From: Callorhinchus milii | Taxonomy: Eukaryota | DNA length: 64,000 nucleotides | Reading direction: 5' to 3' | Assembly: GCF_018977255.1 (NCBI RefSeq) | Contig: NW_024704742.1 | Coordinates: 85,624,001 to 85,688,000, forward strand | Shown here: in pieces, positions 63,340 through 64,000 of the stretch | Layout of the letters: every line of letters starts with the position of its first letter | How positions within the stretch are numbered: position 1 is the first letter of the stretch | The notes under the pieces: generated by a model | Seen by the model: the letters and a program-made list of their open reading frames with translations, nothing else | Databases searched by the model: none | What the model was told of the DNA's origin: nothing | Position numbers and translations under genes: made by a program

Positions 63340-64000
63340 CCTCCATCCCACAGTCCCTTTGCCTCACCCCGTCCCTTACCTCCTTCAAGGCATGGATCAA
63401 GATCTTCCTTTTCAATCACGTGTTTGGTCACCATCCTATCCCCACCCTCCCTGTACTCCATCCCCCCTGATCCCAAGCCCCTGCTCAGGTCCAAATCCCT
63501 CACTGTCCAGCGCCTGAGGTCTTCCTGACATGAAAGGAGCTATATAAATGTAGTCTGTTGTTGTGTGTGTGTGTGTATGTATATATATACTGTATCTATA
63601 TACTGTATGTGTCTTGTGTTCTCCACTTATCTCCCACTTGGCTGACAGCCAGTGGCTCCTCTGGTTACTGCTGTATCAGATCTGGGTGTTCCGAGTCCAG
63701 TACAGAAATCTGATCTCTGAATGTGCTACAGCTGCAGATCATCCTGAACTCTGCAGCCCATATCCTCTCCCGCACCAGGTACCATGATCCTATCTCCCCC
63801 ATCCTCGCCCGGCTCCACTGGCTCCCCATCGCTCAGAGGATACAATTCAAGATCCTGATCCCTGCCTTTAAAGCCCTCCATGGCCTCGTTCCTCCCTACC
63901 TCTGTTACCTCCTAATCCCCTACCAACCTGTCTGCTCCCTCTGCTCAGTGGGCTCCTGCCTACTTCACGTCCCCCGCCTCACCTGCCCCAATATTGGCTG
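63340..64000 (+). mobile_element. Two L2 fragments (63340-63562 and 63730-end)
   Basis: Colinear with the other L2 3' ends. Confidence 0.85.

Noticed and set aside
876..63787. Numerous 60-280 aa ORFs in the six-frame track
   Set aside because: They are L2/CR1 ORF2 fragments, their antisense or off-frame shadows, SINE read-throughs or microsatellite translations, not host genes.
1..64000. CRISPR arrays, operons, rRNA or prokaryotic defence systems
   Set aside because: The sequence is vertebrate intron/exon DNA; no regularly spaced repeats or such genes were seen.

Overview
Eukaryotic, intron-rich vertebrate DNA. The repeat complement (L2 and CR1 LINEs, DeuSINE-type and tRNA-derived SINEs, a Penelope-type terminal-repeat relic) points to a cartilaginous fish, possibly a chimaera; this is inferred from repeats only. 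One host gene is well supported: TBC1D2 (TBC1D2A/Armus, a Rab GAP) on the + strand. I reconstructed 12 coding exons by hand between 3385 and 38584. All introns are GT-AG and phase-compatible, giving 2406 nt = 801 aa + stop: end of the PH domain, coiled coil, and a TBC domain with intact IxxDxxR and YxQ fingers. The first coding exon lies upstream of the window. Almost all other ORFs in the track are fragments or antisense shadows of L2/CR1 ORF2. Sequence beyond 38.6 kb is 3'UTR/intergenic, with a possible promoter and non-coding first exon near 55.2-55.7 kb (CORO2A is the expected neighbour by mammalian synteny; not demonstrated here). I found no clearly new protein-coding system. The most interesting signals are: (i) a tiny L2 insertion with a target-site duplication carrying a perfect 111-bp inverted copy of nearby DNA; (ii) a candidate 45-nt stop-containing cassette exon or 3-nt microexon in TBC1D2; (iii) an unclassified repeat family forming a ~280-bp head-to-head hairpin next to an exon; (iv) SINE subfamilies whose tail tracks the young L2 tail; (v) a full-module CTCF site; (vi) a mariner-type MITE with perfect 30-bp TIRs; and (vii) a degenerate hammerhead-ribozyme relic.
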